A stretch of DNA of 64,000 bases, taken from contig CACWQW010000010.1 of the NCBI GenBank assembly GCA_902763085.1, positions 8,608 through 72,607 on the forward strand, written 5' to 3'. Made by a program: the position numbers and the translations under genes. The stretch is from Selenomonas bovis (GTDB lineage: Bacteria; Bacillota; Negativicutes; Selenomonadales; Selenomonadaceae). Below, piece by piece: positions 61,345-64,000 of the stretch; the stretch's first letter is position 1, and every line of letters begins with the position of its first letter. The notes under the pieces were generated by a model, which was not told the origin of the DNA, made no database searches, and worked only from the letters and a program-made list of their open reading frames with translations.

Positions 61345-61422
61345 GCGGAGGCAGGACGTTTGGGAGATTGCGTGAAAATAGCCGCCGGATGATATCGGCG
61401 GGTTCGGAAAGGATGATGTTTC

Positions 61423-62466
61423 ATGAAGGCATTGTTTCTAGCTGGTGGTATGGGGACGCGGCTGCGCGAGATGACGAAGCAGCTCCCGAAGCCGATGATC
61501 CCGATCTTCAGCAAGCCGCTGCTCGCGCGCAACATCGCGCGGCTCAAGGAGTTCGGCGTCGATGAGGTCGTGCTGAGCACGTGCTACATGCCGGATAAGA
61601 TCCGGGACTATTTCGGCGACGGCAGCCGCTTCGGCATCAAGATCGACTACGTGCACGAGGAGACGCCGCTCGGCACGGGCGGTGCAATCCGCAACGCGGC
61701 GGGGAAATTCGACGATACGTTCCTCGTGTTCAACGGGGATATCGTGAGCGGCATCGACCTCGGCAGGATGCTCTCGTTCCACAAGGCGCACCGCGCAGAG
61801 GTGACGATCGCCGCGACGTATGTGGAGGACCCGTCGGCGTACGGCGTCATCGAGTACGACGACCACAGCCTGATCCGTGCGTTCAAGGAGAAGCCGCAGC
61901 CGGGGGAGACGGACTCGCACCTCATCAACGCGGGCATCTACCTCTTCGAGCCGTCCGTGCTCGACCATATCCCTGCGGGGCGTCCCGTCTCCGTCGAGCG
62001 CGAGACGTATCCGTCGCTGCTCGCGGCGGGCTGCCGCCTGGCGGTCTACCACGAAGAGGCGTACTGGCGCGACCTCGGCACGCCGCAGGACTACCTCGCC
62101 TTCACCTCCGACCTGCTCGATGAGGAGCTGCCGGTCTTCGGCGGCCTCGCGAAGATGTTCTACGGTGTATGCAAGGGCGCAGTGACGAGTCCTGAGGCGG
62201 AGATCATCGCACCCTCGTACATCGCGCCGGGCGCCGTTGTCAAGGCGCACGCCGTCGTCGGTCCCTATGCCGTCGTCGAGGAGGGCGCCGTGATCGGCGA
62301 GGGCGCGGAGGTCGACCACGCAATCCTCTGGCCGGGCGCGTGCCTCGCGCCGAAGACAAAGGCACGCGATGCCATCGTCGTCGCGGACGCGTCCATCCCC
62401 GCGGGGGAGTACGCGCACGCCATCCTGACAGGCAAGCGTGAGGATGAGGAAGAGCAGGCAGGCTGA
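61423..62466 (+). CDS. Sugar-phosphate nucleotidyltransferase (mannose-1-P guanylyltransferase-like)
   Basis: LAGGMGTRLR..PKPM, PLGTGGAI, NGD, FKEKP, INAGIY, WRDLGTP, C-terminal hexapeptide repeats. Confidence 0.88.
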   Translation: MKALFLAGGMGTRLREMTKQLPKPMIPIFSKPLLARNIARLKEFGVDEVVLSTCYMPDKIRDYFGDGSRFGIKIDYVHEETPLGTGGAIRNAAGKFDDTFLVFNGDIVSGIDLGRMLSFHKAHRAEVTIAATYVEDPSAYGVIEYDDHSLIRAFKEKPQPGETDSHLINAGIYLFEPSVLDHIPAGRPVSVERETYPSLLAAGCRLAVYHEEAYWRDLGTPQDYLAFTSDLLDEELPVFGGLAKMFYGVCKGAVTSPEAEIIAPSYIAPGAVVKAHAVVGPYAVVEEGAVIGEGAEVDHAILWPGACLAPKTKARDAIVVADASIPAGEYAHAILTGKREDEEEQAG

Positions 62467-62485
62467 GCGGAAAGAGGAGAGTATC

Positions 62486-63706
62486 ATGGAACGTAGGAAA
62501 GAACAAGAGAAAACGAATGAATCACAGAAGGGAACGGCGGCAGACGATGCGCTGCACCTCGCCTTCGTCAGTACGTATCCGCCGCGTGCCTGCGGCATCG
62601 CGACGTTCACGCAGGACCTCGTGCGCGAGCTCGAGAAGGTGCCGGGCATCGCCGCGCCTTCGGTCGTGGCGATGGAGCGCGAGCCGCTGCAGTACGGTCT
62701 GCGCGTGCGCTCCACGATCCGCGAGCAGGAGCGCGCGGACTACGTGCGCGCGGCAGAGCGGCTGAACGCGAGCAGTGTCGACGTCGTCGTCATCGAGCAC
62801 GAGTACGGCATCTATGGCGGCGCGGACGGCGAGTACATCCTCGATTTCGCGCGGGCGCTCGAGAAGCCGCTCGTGACGACGCTGCACACGGTGCTGCCGG
62901 AGCCGTCAGCAAACCAGCGCCGCATTCTCCGGGAGCTCGGCCGCCTGAGCAGCCGCGTCGTGACGATGGCAAGGCGCAGCCGGGACCTGCTCGCGCGCGT
63001 CTACGGCATCGGCGTCGACCGCATCGAGGTCATCCCGCACGGCGTGCCCCTGCTGAAGCCGTCCGCCTCGAAACAGGCGCTCAAGCAGCACTATGGGCTC
63101 GCGGGGCGCAGCGTCATGAGTACGTTCGGGCTCCTCAGCGAGGGCAAGGGCATCGAGTACGGCATCGAGGCCGTCGCGCAGGTCGCGCGGCGTCACCCGG
63201 ACCTCTGCTACCTCGTGCTCGGCAAGACGCATCCGAATATCGTCGCGCAGGAAGGCGAGCGTTATCGCGAGAAGCTCGAAGGGCTCGTGCAACAGTACGG
63301 CATCGCGCAGAATGTCCGCTTCGTCAACCGCTATCTGACGAAGCAGGAGATCGTCGACTATCTCGCGCTCTCCGACATCTACCTCACGCCGTACCTCGGC
63401 AAAGATCAGGCGGTGAGCGGCACACTCGCCTACGCTGCAGGCTCCGGCAAGGCCATCGTCTCGACGCCGTACCGCTACGCGGAGGAGATGCTCGCGGACG
63501 GGCGCGGGCTCCTCGCGGCGTTCCGCGATGCAGGCTCAATCGCCTCGGCCGTCGAGCGCATCCTCGACGCGCCGGAGGCAGCGCGGCAGATGGAGCGGAA
63601 GATGCGCGCGCTCGGACGCGGCATGTTCTGGGACCGCGTCGCCAGAAAATACGAGACGATGTTCCGCGCCGTGCTGCCGGCGGCGCAGGTGCGCGCTGTC
63701 GGCTGA
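62486..63706 (+). CDS. GT4-family glycosyltransferase
   Basis: STYPPRACGIATF, HEYGIYGG, FGLLSEGKGIE, SGTLAYA, STPY. Confidence 0.9.
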   Translation: MERRKEQEKTNESQKGTAADDALHLAFVSTYPPRACGIATFTQDLVRELEKVPGIAAPSVVAMEREPLQYGLRVRSTIREQERADYVRAAERLNASSVDVVVIEHEYGIYGGADGEYILDFARALEKPLVTTLHTVLPEPSANQRRILRELGRLSSRVVTMARRSRDLLARVYGIGVDRIEVIPHGVPLLKPSASKQALKQHYGLAGRSVMSTFGLLSEGKGIEYGIEAVAQVARRHPDLCYLVLGKTHPNIVAQEGERYREKLEGLVQQYGIAQNVRFVNRYLTKQEIVDYLALSDIYLTPYLGKDQAVSGTLAYAAGSGKAIVSTPYRYAEEMLADGRGLLAAFRDAGSIASAVERILDAPEAARQMERKMRALGRGMFWDRVARKYETMFRAVLPAAQVRAVG

Positions 63707-63727
63707 GCGGCAGGGAGGGAGGATACC

Positions 63728-64000
63728 ATGAGACAGACGGACGCAGCGAGCGGCGTCTACCGCGCGGACGCGTTGCTCGCCCTCACGGATGACACGGGCC
63801 TCATCCAGCATAGCAAATACAGCCTGCCGGATCCGCAGCACGGCTACTCAGCCGACGACAACGCGCGGGCGCTGCTGCTCGCGGCGGAGCTCTACGCGCG
63901 GCGAAAGGAAGCCGGACGGGCGGTTCCATAATTTCCTCGGCTATGACAGGCATTGGCTCGACGCGGTCGGCTCGGAGGACACGCTCGGCCGCTGCGTCTG
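63728..64000 (+). pseudogene. GT4-associated, putative six-hairpin glycosidase-like protein; frameshifted at ~63911 and 3' partial
   Basis: LTDDTGLIQH..GYSADDNARAL in one frame, PDGRFHNFLGYDRHWLDAVGSEDTLGRC in another from 63912. Confidence 0.72.

Overview
GC-rich, gene-dense core-chromosome segment. Gene content and order (Na+-decarboxylase subunits, N-terminal-only purH, cdaA-cdaR, motAB, CtsR-like boxes) point to a Selenomonas-like member of the Negativicutes; this taxonomy is inferred. It holds about 60 protein genes, mostly on the + strand: secDF, glmM, cbiK, lysC, clpB, motAB, acpS-nnr, ilvE, cdaAR, purEFMNHD, budA, guaB, a two-component pair, rimP-nusA-infB-rbfA-truB-ribF, yraN-comM-priA and proC, ending in a GH130/nucleotidyltransferase/GT4 sugar operon. 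No rRNA, tRNA, CRISPR array or mobile element was seen. Main observations: (1) The uncharacterised GH130-NTP transferase-GT4 operon has the same -35/operator sequence (TTGACATTTTGAC, 16-bp spacer, TATAAT) as clpB, suggesting a heat-shock (CtsR-like) controlled mannoside system. (2) A self-contained ~170-nt minus-strand small-RNA candidate at 27369-27538 has its own promoter, terminator and three C-rich anti-Shine-Dalgarno loops. (3) Short internal deletions hit glmM, purM (twice) and the last gene, and possibly created the phosphatase/P-loop fusion; these may be assembly artefacts. Protein calls come from motif recognition by eye; no database searches were run.
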